From contig LSRY02000036.1 in the NCBI GenBank assembly GCA_001643675.2, positions 744,001 through 808,000 of the forward strand: a stretch of 64,000 bases of DNA, read 5' to 3'. Numbering within the stretch: position 1 is the first letter of the stretch; each line of letters opens with the position of its first letter. A program made the translations under genes and the position numbers. Source of the DNA: Monocercomonoides exilis PA203. Its lineage: Eukaryota > Protista > Preaxostyla. Shown here in pieces: positions 1 through 12,789 of the stretch. The notes beneath the pieces were generated by a model. That model made no database searches and was not told the origin of the DNA. It worked only from the letters and a program-made list of their open reading frames with translations.

Positions 1-2
1 TT

Positions 3-1562
3 AGTGGAAAAGAAGAAGCAACTCTTGTAATTGTTAATAATATGACAATATCATCATCTGTTTCTTTGAGAACTGCAAAAATTAAAAATTCTGAACGAAT
101 TGCAACAGTTACAATTAATATTCAATCCTTGTTGCCTTATGATGATTGTATTCGATGCACTTCAAATAATCACATCGCAAATGTTCGCTTTGTATTGGAT
201 CGAATTCATTCGAATATCAAAAATGTATTTTCCATCTCCAGCTTCAGCGAATTTAACCAACAAATAAAAATTGATAATTCTTCGATTTCATCAAATAATT
301 CTCCATTTGAGGAACTTACTCTTTTTTCCATTATGGGATATCTTACTGTTAGTAACACAGACATTTCATCCTTATCTATCAGTAGGCTATTTCATATTCA
401 TTCGGTAAGGTCTTCGCACTTTGATGCAAAATCATTGAATATCAATTCGGTCTCAACAAAAGAAAGAGGAGGCATCCTTTATGTGGAGTCGAGTCAGAAC
501 GAAGTCCAATTGCATTCAGTAGTTATTAACAACTGCCATGGCAAATACGGACAAGGAAGCCACATTTTCATTGCTGATTCTGTTGCAACGCTTGATAACT
601 TAACTGTAACTAATCTTTCTGTTGATGGCCCTGGAAATGATGATATATGCACCTTCGGATTTGGTGCGATTGCTCTGTTTCAGTCTGTTTTAAAGCTTTC
701 TTCTTCGACTATCCACAACAACAAAGTTCTTCCGTTTTATGTTGACAATTCCTTTGCAAGCTTGTATCTTGTATATTTATCTGGTAACGGGGATGTAAAT
801 CCTTTGTATCCGTCATCACGAAAGAACATTTATTGCACAGGAGAAGCTAATCTCTCTCTTTATATGAAAGAAGGGGGAGATGATGCAACTGAAGAACGCC
901 CGCTTTGGATGATGATTGATTCATGTTCTGTGGTCGGAAATATCTCAAAAGCTTTCTCTCCTTTTTTCATTCCTGAGCTTATAAATGTGACTTATGATGA
1001 ATCTGAAACCAATGATAACACTCCTCTTATGCTTGTAGGTAATCATCTGTTGCCCTGCAATTTGATAGCGAAAGTTGCAACGGATGTCTCTCAAACATCT
1101 GTCAAAACATATCCATTGTCTTTCTCATATAATGAGACCCACGGAGAGGTGCTAGTCCCTTCCACTTTGGTGACTGCAAGCAAAGGGCATAACCCAACGA
1201 TGACACTTTTGTATGGTATTGACAAAGCCGGATGGAAACAGGCAGAGACAGCGAAAAAGATTCCTATCGTTGGCAAACCAATTGAAACACCAGTTGAAGA
1301 TAAACCAAACTATAAGTGGGTCGCGCCTGTTGTAATTTCAGTGATTTTACTTGTGCTTATAACGTTTATAATAATTGTGGTATGTTTGGTCATCCGAAAT
1401 AGAAAGATGAGACAAAAAATAAAACAAACAGAAATGTTTGCCTCGCTTTTAAGTGAGAAAGACCTCACTTCAACAATTGTGAGAGTGAGTGAATATCAAA
1501 TCCCAAACAAATTGACTATTCCTGAAGATACACAAATGCCATTTTATGAAGACGATGATTGA
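3..1562 (+). CDS. 3' part of a Cys-rich beta-helix-type single-pass membrane protein (5' end lies outside the window)
   Basis: The frame is open from position 3. It has a GGILY-type repeat, RKNIYC / SPFFIPEL / GNHLLPCNL motifs shared with the genes at 30671 and 55317, a TM helix WVAPVVISVILLVLITFIIIVVCLVI followed by RNRK, and a short acidic tail. Confidence 0.8.
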   Translation, partial: SGKEEATLVIVNNMTISSSVSLRTAKIKNSERIATVTINIQSLLPYDDCIRCTSNNHIANVRFVLDRIHSNIKNVFSISSFSEFNQQIKIDNSSISSNNSPFEELTLFSIMGYLTVSNTDISSLSISRLFHIHSVRSSHFDAKSLNINSVSTKERGGILYVESSQNEVQLHSVVINNCHGKYGQGSHIFIADSVATLDNLTVTNLSVDGPGNDDICTFGFGAIALFQSVLKLSSSTIHNNKVLPFYVDNSFASLYLVYLSGNGDVNPLYPSSRKNIYCTGEANLSLYMKEGGDDATEERPLWMMIDSCSVVGNISKAFSPFFIPELINVTYDESETNDNTPLMLVGNHLLPCNLIAKVATDVSQTSVKTYPLSFSYNETHGEVLVPSTLVTASKGHNPTMTLLYGIDKAGWKQAETAKKIPIVGKPIETPVEDKPNYKWVAPVVISVILLVLITFIIIVVCLVIRNRKMRQKIKQTEMFASLLSEKDLTSTIVRVSEYQIPNKLTIPEDTQMPFYEDDD

Positions 1563-2246
1563 GCAATAATTTATATATCCTTAAATATTCGTGCAACTGT
1601 TATTTGCAAGAACGTCAACTATATAAACAGCTTTGAGATAATATCAGAAACATTAGCAATTGTATTTTGAAACATGTGTTTATGTGTTTTATTTTTTCAT
1701 TAAATATTTGTATTTACGTTCACAAATGCTTTTCGGAGATTTCAAAGAAGCAATTGCATCCATTAATGAGGATTATTGCATCTCACTGTGAATCATAAAG
1801 AAATGTATTTTTCATGTTCTCTTTATTTTTTTCTTATTTTTTTGAGTTATTGAGCCTATAGCGCAATTGTTTTTACGTGTTAGTACATCAAATCAAAGAA
1901 TTTTTCATTGCATTTCGGCTCATTAAATTCTTTTGATGGTTTGTGAGAAGGATTAATTTTTTTTTATTAGCTAACAATCAAATTTCGTGTTCTTATTAAC
2001 CAAACGAGTTAAAAATATCGTTTTATCAAAAATGAAATGAAAAAAATAATTTAGATGTGTCGAAGCTCTTCTTTCCGCTTATTGTAAAAGAGATGTAACA
2101 ACTTACAGAAGTTAAAGCTTAAATAAGAAAACTGCCAAACATTAGTTTTTCTTTTAAAAAAAATCATTAAAAAAGAACTTAAAAAATACAGAGTAAAAAA
2201 ATACTTCTCAATTCAGATATTAAAAAGTGCACGAGCGAATTCCTCT

Positions 2247-5200
2247 TCACATATATGGAAATCTTGCATGGCGGAAATGGTGGCTGCTTCCAAAGCCATA
2301 ACTGTCACTTTCCATTGATGCAAGCATTGAAAAGTCAAAATCATCGTTGTTGTCTGCACTGTAATCCCATGCGCTGCTTGAGCTGCTGTAAGACTCGGCT
2401 TCGCGTGGCTTCAGGCCATCTACCTTTTCCAGCGCCTGCAGATTGATGGAGCTGTAAACATCAGCGCTGATTGCCTCTCCCATGACAACATCAACATAAG
2501 AATCGCTTGACTCACAAGCGGAAGAGGATGAAGACAATGAGGAAGATGAGGAAGAGGAGGATTCCGATGATGAAGCAGTCGTCTTCGCAGAGGAAGTTCC
2601 CGAAAGAGAAGTTGAAGTTGTAGTCTCCGAAGAGCCCTGTGTCTCCATCGGAGTCAAACCAATCGGAGCTGTCGGTTTCGAATGATCCGTTTCCCCGCCA
2701 TCTCCAGTCGCCCCAGCTTCCCCACTCTGCGCCTTCACTGCCTCGTGTTGCTGACCACTCCCAATCGTCCCACGAGGCAAACAACAGTTTTTTTGCTTTG
2801 TTTCTTCATCTTCATCGTCTTTGCTGATGCTTTCGCTTCCTTCGCTCTTTATTTCATCCATCGAATTCTGTTCTGTCTGGACATCTTTCTGGATACCATC
2901 TGCCTTCTTCCTTTCTCTTGTCACACTCTCACCCTCCATTTCCTTCTCTTTCCCAGTCTCTTCTGCACCTTTCTTCTTTTCTGTCTCTTTTTCTTTCGAT
3001 CCTGTCTTATTCTTCTCTTTCTGTTTTTTCACCCATTCTGGACCGCGGACAATGGGCTCCCTGATTTTCCCTTCATTTTGTGCGTTGTCCACTTCCTCTG
3101 CAGTGAACGGCAGGCCTCTTCGTTTGTAATACAAAATGTATGCGTCCTTCGTCACCACACTGTTTTCACTAACCTCATCGACGCTATCATCGTTGTATTT
3201 CATCCACTTCTTCTTCAAGGGAGAGTATGCATACGCTGTGTAGTGCCCTCCTCCTGTCCCGCCCATGTGATTCGACACTGCAAACAGATCGTATATTGGC
3301 GGAGATGCCTTCTTTTGGGCTTCTTTTGCTGCCTCTTTGGATTTGGATGAATTGCTGTTTGAGTGGTTTTCCTCTTTATTGTCACTCTTCCCTTTCTTTC
3401 CTTTCCCGCCTTCCTTTTCTTTGCTGTCAGCTGCTGACTTCTGGTTATTCGACTGTTTTGCGAATGAATAATTCCTTTTCACACTCTCAGCTGTATCTGC
3501 AGTCATCTCCGGTGGGCACTTCTCAAATGCAGCTAAGTTCAGCCCTTTAACTGGGAAATTGACAAGCATGTCCAACTTCTGCCTCACCCCAAACTCTGCC
3601 GATGAAGAAAAGCGCTTCAGCTGGATGGTCAAAATGGAAGGCAGCTGCCAGATGTCCAGCTTCTTCCACGCCTGTTTGTGCTCCTTGCATTCGCTGCAGT
3701 ACCACGCATTCTCTTCAGACAGCTGCTCCTTCGATGTAAAGATGTTGAAGCAGTCTTCGATTGTTGTCGTCTTCTCCTTCTTCCCTTTCTTCAGCTCCTT
3801 CAGCACTGCTCGTGATGGATGCTCGTCCAGTGCCATTGCCTTGTGTGCATCCACAACATACGGCGCTGTCCACACAAGTGTCATACACTCTTCCTTTGTG
3901 ATCTTCGGAATGGCTTCCCAAATAACCTCGTTGCTCTGCGTGATCTCTTCCACTGTTGAATTGGAGCCGAAGTCTCCAACAGCCAGTCTGTACGGAAGCA
4001 GCGCACGTGGCGGAAGGGGCAGTGATTCAAGCCACTCTGCATCTGAGAGAGGAGAGGAGGATTCCGATGAGATTGAGGCTGATGCCAATGAAAATGCTTT
4101 GCTTTCGGTGGATGTTTTATTTCCTTTGTTTTCTTTGCCTTCTTTGCCTTCCTTGTTCTTCATGTGTCTGATGCATCTGTGATATTTCCCTTTCTTTGTG
4201 CTGCTCGAGAACCAAGGGCAATATTCTGTGTTGTTTGTTTTATTCTTCTCTTTCTCATCGTCAAACGAAAACTGATTCGATTCTCCGAAAAATGGCTCGC
4301 AGTAAATCCTCTTCTCTGACATTTCTGCTTCTTCTTTTTCTTTCCTCTTCCGTTCTTCTTCTTCCTTCTTCTTCTTCTTTTCTTCCTCTTTCTTTCGCTC
4401 CTCTTCCTTCTTTTTCTTTTCTTCTTCCTTCTTCTTTTGTTCCTCTTCTTCTTTCTGCTTCTTTCTTTCTGCTTCTTTCCTTTCTTCCTCCATCTTCTCC
4501 TTCTTCCTCTTCAGTGCCTCAAGATCTCCCTTTTTCTCCTTCTGCCTCTGCGCCTCCCTCAGCTCAGCCATCAGCACATCAGCCACACTCAATCTTTCCT
4601 CCATCTTCAGCTTCGTCAGCTTCTCATCCGTCACAAATTCTGCAATGTCGTTCTTCTTCTGCTCATATTCCGCATCTTCTGCCCACAACTTGTCCTCATC
4701 TGTAAATATGCTTTCCATATCCAGCTGTTTGCTCTTCTCCTTTTTGTCTTTCCCTTCCTCTTCCTCGTCTTCATCATCACAGGAGCATTCATCATCACAC
4801 TGAAGTGATACATATATTGTCATTGCCCGTTCGCTCAGCTTCTTCATCCTCTCTGCCTTCGCCTTCTTCTCCTCTGGCGTCATCCCTACGCCAAGCTCCA
4901 CACACAACGATGGCTCTTTTTCCATTAAATAATATGAATAGCTACTTGAGTATCCATCATCGTTCATCATCCCCCTCTTCTTCTTCTCCTTTTTCCACTG
5001 CTCCTCCATGTTCGTTATCTCGTTCCGAATGTCCTTCCCAAGCTTCTTCTCCAGCTTCTTCACCAGCTTCTCGTCTTTCTTTGCATACTGATCCAGATTC
5101 TTCTCTGTCTCCACCTCTTCGCTCTCCTCCATCTGCGCAATCTTCTGCCTCTCTTCGCTCTCTGCCCACTTTCTGTAAGCAGTCGGGTCAATGAGCCTCT

Positions 5201-8064
5201 TCACCCAGTGCCACACCTTCGCATGCAGATCACGGCAGCTGTCGTGGTGCAGCCGCGAAGACACCGCAAAGGGCATTCCGTGTGCAGACTCCGAAAAGGG
5301 GAAGAAGTGCGCATTCGAATCAACACTCACCTTCACACTGGACACACGAATGTTGCTTGTATCACTCTCCTTCAGCTGCTCACGTTTCAGTTCTGCTTCC
5401 TCTGCCCATGCAATCTCCTGCACAAGCATCTCCTCTTCTTCCTCCTTCCGCCTTTTCGCCCGCTCTTCTTCGGACATTCCCAACTTTTCCTCTTCTTCCT
5501 CTCTCAGCTGCTTCTTTTGTCTCATCTCTTCCTCAGCCACACTCCGCTTCTTCGCCATTTTCAGCTCTTCTGCCTGTTTTGCAGAGGTTGAGAGATAATG
5601 TCTGTCTTTGAAGTAGTTGGCAGCTGCATCCATTTCATAGACAGCCACACGCTGTGCACTCAATGTGCTGACTTCTTCGTATTTCAGCAGAATGCTCTTC
5701 ATCTTCCCCTCACACGGCGGCACAGCCACAAGACGCTCAGCAGGAATGCCCGTCAGCTTCCCCACTGCTGACAGGATGTGGCTGATTGTGCCATACTTGG
5801 GCACTTCCACTGCCATCTCCTGAACTGTCCATAGAGGATCAACAGAAGCAGAAGACGAAGATGATGAAGCAGAAGAAGCAGATGATGTATCACTTCCAGC
5901 AGACATTGGAGGAGGTGTGCTTGGCGGGGTGACATCAGCTGCTGGGCTGACTGATTCAACTGGAGAAGGGGTGGATGAACTTGATGGCTGTTCTGCCTCT
6001 TTCGCTGCTCCTTCACACAAAGCTGGCAATTCTCCAAAGGCAGTCTCTTTCACACGCTGTGAGCAGAAGCGGGGCACAAAGAAGACAGTGATTGTTGTTG
6101 TCCTTTCACCAGGCAGTGGCAGAGACAGAACTGAAAGTGGGTCGAAGCTGACTGAGCGCTTGCCGCATGTTGGGCAGTCCACTGTTGACTTCAGCTGGCC
6201 ATACAGAAGATCCACAATGGCTGAGTCGTTGCGCAGTTTGAACCGACGCTCAGCTTCGAGTGAAGATGCAACATCATCTTCAGTTGCTTCCACATTCTCT
6301 ACATATGGCTTGTCTTTGATGCGGTTCAGATCTTCGTGCTGTTGTTGATTGATGTTTGGTGTTTGAAAGGGAATATCACAAATTTATACAGCAACAGGAA
6401 ATTTCAACAACAGCCATCAACAAAAGAATTAACATTGGAAATTAGAAAATGATAATTACTTTTGAAACAGAGCAAAAAAGAAAGAAAAAAGATGTTCAAA
6501 CCAATCCATCGAGGAGGAATGTGAGGAATTCCTGTGAGTCCTGCTGGGAATACCCGCTGAACTGGTGCGAAAAATGGGACACGACGCTTTTCACTCGTCC
6601 GGGATTAACAACAGCATAATCACCGCTCCACATCGCCCTCAGCCAGGCAGCATACACTGCAGCCATCTTCCCATCACAGCCGAGCTTGTTGTTGATGTTG
6701 ATGTCCTTCACAAAGCGGAACGAGAGGAAGAAGTTCGTCAGCGGCAGTGCATGCGACAGACACTGCAGTGCAGAGTTCATATAGCATGTGTTGCCCAGGT
6801 TCTTCAGCCCTGTGTCTCCTTTTGTCGCTTTGTTCTTCTTCCCTTCTTTCTTCTGATTTCCCCACCAGTTGTTCTCGTCATTGGGATCTGCAGGCTCTTT
6901 TGGGGATTGATTGCTCTTATTGGCTTTTGAGGATGTACGAGAAGATGATGAACTAGAAGCCGAATATGTTGATGATGATGAAGATGATGCAGATGAAGAT
7001 GAAGCTGACTGTGAAGATGCAGACGCTGAATTTTCTTCATTCTCAAACCTCCTGTAATTCAAATCTTCTTCCAGCATGTGTGATTGGTCTTCTAAAGCTT
7101 GTGGTGGCACGTCTGCTTTTTTCTCTTCGATCCCGACCATTTCGTGATATCTCACAATATCTTTACTTGGGTCATAATTCGATCCTTTCGACTCAAGTTC
7201 CTTGAATGGATCATCAAATTTTTCCCCTTCTCCCATAAAACGCTTGTGCTCATCAAGCGCGGCTCCTCTAATAGCTACAATTCCCATTGGTTTTTCCTCT
7301 TCTGCAAATTTTGGTGAGTATTTCCACAATAACACGGCTTCACTGTCTGCAGATTTTGCTGGGAACACTTCAAGTAGAATAGTGTTGCTTCCGGTTCCTA
7401 GAGTTTGTTCAAGTTCTCGAAGTGTAGAAAATTTGAATGATTTTTGAGGTTCTGTTGTTGTCCAGCATTTTATTGCGTGCTTTGGCAGCAAGTTTAGTTC
7501 TGCCATAATCTTTTTATAAATATCATTCTCTTTATAATATCTGGAGATGGTGATCTCAGTAAAGCCAGCAGCAGATGTATATTTCTTTTGTTGCTCTGTC
7601 ATGTTTTCTTCTGGTGGATTTTTAAATCCGATACGAAATGTTTTTGGATCTTTTTCAAGTTGCTTCATTGTTCCAAAAAGAACAACTTCAAGTTGTATTT
7701 GAGGACCGCCTTGATAATCATCTACAATCCTGCTCCAATCGCTACTGTGAACAATTTCGAATTCTCTTTTATAAATTTTTTCTTTGAAAAATAATCATAA
7801 AATATTTTTTATTCACAAAAACAGAATTCAGATTTTTAAGAAACTTAATTTTAATATTTCAAATTTTTATATCAAACTTGGATTAAATTTTGAGCTATCA
7901 GGAATTAAAAGAGAAGAATTATCGATTGGTCCTGATGGATCTCCATCCGTGAAGCTTTTCCACCATCCAGCTTCAATAAGTGATACCATTTCGTGATTCG
8001 ACATATTACTCAATCCACTTCTATTTATAATTTCATTCTTCTCTTCTTTTGTAAGGAGAGGCAT
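2247..8064 (-). CDS. Ubiquitin carboxyl-terminal hydrolase, USP4/11/15 (Ubp12)-like with N-terminal DUSP domain; exons 8064-7878, 7781-6502, 6338-2247 (~1852 aa)
   Basis: DUSP motif WWKSF..GPIDNSSLL, Cys box GLKNLGNTCYMNSALQCL, QQDSQEFLTFLLDGL|HEDLNR joined across a GT-AG intron, Zn-ribbon CPTC...CSEC, and His box YDLFAVSNHMGGTGGGHYTAY..WMKYND. Both introns restore the frame. Confidence 0.93.
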
Positions 8065-8247
8065 TTTTGTGAAAATCTCTGATCCGAATAACCACATTAT
8101 TTTTTGAACATTTGGTTTTTGGAATTTTTCGTTACAAGTGAGTTATTATTCTGTTTTCATCATAAAATGTTTTTGACACAAACAAAAAAATTCAGAAACA
8201 TATACATTGGGTTAGATCAAATTTTCTGAAATTACATTTGCTTTGTT
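8065..8247. promoter_or_regulatory. Compact divergent (bidirectional) promoter region between the USP and Nup62-like genes
   Basis: The two start codons point away from each other with 183 bp between them. Confidence 0.55.
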
Positions 8248-10767
8248 ATGGCAAGCATACCAAATCCTTTTGCAACTACCCAAAGTGCACCAGGTGGAAA
8301 CGTTTTTAACACAGGAGCTACGGCTGGGGCAAATGTATTTTCAGCGGGAACAGCACAAACACAACCTCAACAACTTGCAAATCCTTTTGGTACTGCTACA
8401 GGAGCAACTGCTTCGCCTTTTCCCAGTGCACAGCCGAGCACTGCAGTAGCAAATCCATTCAATACTGCGGCTCAGCCAGCTGCAGCTGCGGTTCCTGCAA
8501 ATCCATTTTCAACAACAGCAGCTGCAGCTCCAGCAGCGGCAGGAGCGTTGCCAGCTACAACTCAACCAAATCCATTTGGAACAATTCCAGGTTCTTCTCC
8601 AGCGACTGCAGTTCCTTCATTTCCAGCTGCTTCTGCTCCTGCTCCTGCAAATCCATTTCAAACTTCCACAACTGCTCCAGCTCCTGCACCTAATTCAGTA
8701 ACACCAGCTAATCCTTTTGGAGTTGCTACAGGAACTGGGAATGCAAATGTTGCAAATCCATTTGCGGCTGGAGGTGCTGCAGCAGCTCCTTCTGCGCCTG
8801 CTCCTGCCAACCCATTTGCGGTTAATAATGCTGCTGGTGCTGCAAATCCTTCGTTAACAACTGCAGCTCAGCCAGGTCAACCTGCTCCAAACCCCTTTGG
8901 CGCAGCAACTACAAATCCTGCACAGCCAAATCCATTTGGAGCAAATACTGCAACTGCAACCCAGCCAGCTGCTGCTCCTGCTTTGGGAAATGCAACAGCA
9001 CCAAATGCAGCAAATCCGTTTGCAGCTCCAGCTGCAGCTTCACAACCTGCTGCTCCAGCGACTGCAGCTGCACCCGGCACAACTCCATCAACAGCGGCAA
9101 ATCCATTTGCAACTGGAGCAGGCGCAACTGCAGGAACAGCGCCAGCTAATCCATTTGCGCAATCAACAGCTGCGCCAGCACCTGCAGCAGCGACAACATC
9201 AACGACTTCTGCTGCGCCTGCGGCTCCTGCTAATCCTTTTGCATCTACATCTACCACAGCACCAGCTGCAGCCCCAGCCAATCCATTTGCAACAACTGCT
9301 GCCTCCACAACCACCGCAGCCACCACTGCTCCTTCTACCACTACTGCACCTGCTTCTTCGGCTCCTGCGAATCCATTTGCAACATCAGGTTCAACAACAG
9401 CAGCCTCGACAACAGCGCCCGCAGCAGCCAATCCATTTGCATCCACTTCCACCACTGGATCGACGACTGCCCCAGCCAATCCTTTCGCAACAGCAGGTGC
9501 CACCACTGCTCCTGCTGCTGCCTCTTCCACCGCCAATCCATTTGCCACAACGTCAACAACCACGGCCAGCACAGCCCCGGCGAATCCGTTTGCCACAGGT
9601 GCTGCCACAACCCCATCTAATCCATTTGCGACTGCGACAGCGACAAATGCTGCTGGAGGTGCAAATGCGACTGGGGCAGCAGGAAATGCAGCAGCTGCAC
9701 CAGCAACAGACGCCAATGGGATTCCGCTGGAGATTTCAGGGAGCAATCTGCACTCAATCGGGGTGATGTGGACAGAAGAGCTGAAAGAGCTGCAGATGAC
9801 ATTCAACAGACAGGTCAGTCAGATCGCTCGGTTTGACGAAGAAATAAGGAAGAATCAAGGATTGGTATGTGGAACTTGTATTTTCTGTTGATAGTGAATG
9901 TTTTTAAATGTCTTTTTTTATATATATATGCATATGTTCTATTTGTCACTTTTCTTTATTTCTTTTCTGTTTCTATTATAATTCCAATTTTTAATATGAA
10001 TTTGTATTTCAGCTGGAAAGGCTGGTAGAAGATGTTGAAGCATATTCCATTGCACAGAAAGAAATGGAAAATGCAACAACAGCCATTCTCCAGCAGCAGA
10101 AGGAGATTCACAAGACATTAGATGGACTTTCCACAACAGTGGCATCGATGGTTGACCCACTGAAGTCTGACCCAGAGTGCATGAGAAGATTCCAAATGTG
10201 TGTTGACAATTTTTCATTTATTAATATATTTATGCTATTTGGTTTTTGTTATATGGCTATGTATGTATGTATATATGTAATGGTTTCTTTTTTGCTTTTG
10301 TGTTTTCATATATTAGATATGAAATAGCAGAAGAACTAGATTCTCAGATGAGTTCAATGGAATCACAGATCGAAGGAATCGAAGAATCACTTTCGACTCA
10401 GTCACTCAACACAATCATCGCACTGCAGAAGTCCCAGTCAGGCTCCTCTTCCACTTCGTCGTCCTCTTCCACTTCCTCCGCAGCATCCTCCACATCATCC
10501 GCGTCATCCACAGACACAGCCTCTGCTCTTCCTCTTCTCTCTACTGGCAGCTCTGACAGTGTTGATTCACTTACAGCAGACCTGTCAGATGACTCCATCC
10601 CTGTTTCCACCATTGTCTCTATACTGAGCTCAATGTACGGCAGCCTCCAGAACATCGACAGTCAGGTTGCTGTTGCACAGAATGCACTTGACGCCTCGGC
10701 TTCTTCACTTCGTTCTCGTCAGCAAATTCTCGAGCAGGAAACTGTTTTGTCTAATTCTAGAAACTGA
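8248..10767 (+). CDS. NUP62: Nucleoporin Nup62/Nsp1-like; exons 8248-9864, 10013-10197, 10317-10767
   Basis: An Ala/Thr/Pro-rich N-terminal repeat region (~22 NPF) is followed by a coiled coil matching the Nsp1_C pattern: WTEELKELQMTFNRQVSQIARFDEEIRKN, ILQQQKEIHKTL, RRFQIYEIAEELDSQM, IVSILSSMYGSLQNIDSQ. GT-AG introns keep the frame. Confidence 0.82.
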
Positions 10768-11100
10768 AATAATAAATAATTATGAATTAATATTCACTTC
10801 GCTAATAAATTATATGTTGAGCATATGTCCTCTCCTTTTTTCATTTCTTTATGTTTTTATTATATTCAATTTTTAAACAATCAAAGAATTATGAGAATTC
10901 ATTTTTTATTAGAAAAAATAAATGCAGTTCAAGGGAATTGATATTTTGAATAGTGGAAAAAATTGAAATTTTTTCTCAAAAAAGAAATTTGGAAAAAGTG
11001 ATTTTTTTAATTTTTCCAAATTAAGAATCGAAAAGAAAAAACGTTATTGTAAAGATTTTTTAAAAATAAATGTCAATAAATAATTTTTCCTTTTTTATAT

Positions 11101-11836
11101 GGGTGATTATTTATGAAATCAGATTTTTTCTGTTGAAAATTTCGGTTTGAAATTTTCACTTGAATATCAACAAAAGAACACGAAAAAAACAAAAAGGCAT
11201 AAAGAAGAAATCATCATCTTTATTAGAGTTAAAACATTTATTTTTGATACAGTTGTTGTAAATTTGGTAAATGTATATTATAGGGGAACTCGAATTTTTC
11301 AAATTTTTTATTATTAACGAATTCAATATAGTATAAGAATCATTTATTAATTAATAAGAATTTGAGATCATCTTATTTTTATGATAAAAAACAATCTGGG
11401 ATTCTTAATATTTATGGGATAGATCAATAAATGTTCTTGTTGTTTTTGAGTGCTAACCCTAAAAAGAAGAACGGGAACAAACCCTAAATTCAAGATTTGT
11501 TACGCTAACGCTAGCACCTAAACCAATCTATTAATGTTGAGATTATTTCAGAATTTAAACCCAATTTATTAAAAAAATACTGGGTCAGATCAAAATGTTT
11601 TATTTGAAAAAAAGAAATTTTGATGATTGATGATCTCAAATTTTTATTAATTAATAAATGATTCTTATTCAATATTATTTCCGTTTATAATAAAAAATTT
11701 GAATATATCGTGTTCCCCTATCATCTCCTTTTACCGTAAATTTAGCATTTAAAAACAAAAAAAAAATTCACAAAAACAAACATTTTTTGTTAAAAAAACA
11801 TCCCGAAAAAAGTCATGATTACTTTAATAATCACCC
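11101..11836. mobile_element. Non-autonomous TIR element (MITE) with GGGTGATTATT termini and ATAT flanks
   Basis: GGGTGATTATT at 11101 and AATAATCACCC ending at 11836, with imperfect extension to ~30 bp. ATAT lies on both sides. Confidence 0.7.
11283..11718. mobile_element. MITE with ~90 bp imperfect TIRs and TA TSD, nested in the previous MITE
   Basis: TA|GGGGAAC...AAGAATCATTTATTAATTAATAAGAATTTGAGATCATC is mirrored by GATGATCTCAAATTTTTATTAATTAATAAATGATTCTT...GTTCCCC|TA. Confidence 0.85.
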
Positions 11837-12314
11837 ATATTTTAATCTTTTTTTTTCATAAATGAAGACCTTGATTTTTTCTCATATCGCATAGAAATAA
11901 CAATCTCCCCACAAGTTGAAGAATTTTAATGTTTCATTACAAATGCTCAGTTTTTTATTACATGGGTTATTCTTTTTGAAAAGCAGCAAATGTTTAATTT
12001 TCAAAAAACAATAATTTTCTTGTTTTTTTTGTATTTTCATTCACACATAAGTGACTTCACTAATATGGAATCTATTATATGATAATGCTATTTCAAAGAT
12101 TCTTGAGGAAATTCGTGAATGGGAACAGAAATTTGATCAAAATATAAAATATGGGTCATTATTTTTCATATCGTAACTTTGTTCGAAGAAAGATCTTTTT
12201 TTTAAATAATTGTGGTATGAAATGAAAAGGGAAAAAACACATGTTTATAAATGAAAAGAAAAAGATCGACCTGTGCGACACGACATGCTATTTTTTATAG
12301 CTGTCGGTCACCTC

Positions 12315-12317
<3 letters not shown>

Positions 12318-12371
<54 letters not shown>
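12318..12371 (+). repeat. poly(A) tract, 54 nt
   Basis: Read directly from the sequence. Confidence 0.95.
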
Positions 12372-12373
<2 letters not shown>

Positions 12374-12789
12374 TGACAACACTTCCTTTGTTTAATAAAT
12401 TAATAAATTCGTAGTGTTTTTTTTAATAATTAATAATTAATTTTATTTTCTTTTTCATTGAGTCCAATATTTGATCTGGAAAACCATTTTTTTATTCATG
12501 GATTAATGAAACAAAAAATTTTTCGAAATTCATCGTTTATCATTTCAGTGCAAAAATGAATAGGACGAACACTAATATTTTCATGAACAATTTGAATTAC
12601 AATTTTAAGATAATTCATTCCATCCGAGCTTTTGAAAGTTCTATTTAAAATAGAGAAATTGTGTGGCTTTCTTGAATAAATTCATTCAAGAAAATGTTGA
12701 TTTCATCTTATCCAAAAGAGTTAGAGGTTTGCTATCATTGTTGCATTTGAATTCATGATGACTGTATTTATTTCTGTTCTTTGCTTTTA

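Noticed and set aside
8877-9806. 309-aa antisense ORF and 289-aa alternative-frame ORF over the nucleoporin repeats
   Set aside because: These are shadows of GCN/ACN/CCN-rich repetitive coding sequence.
12318-12371. poly(A) as the tail of a retroposed element
   Set aside because: It lies ~50 bp inside a TIR end, upstream of the + strand cargo, with no separate TSD or retroelement body visible.
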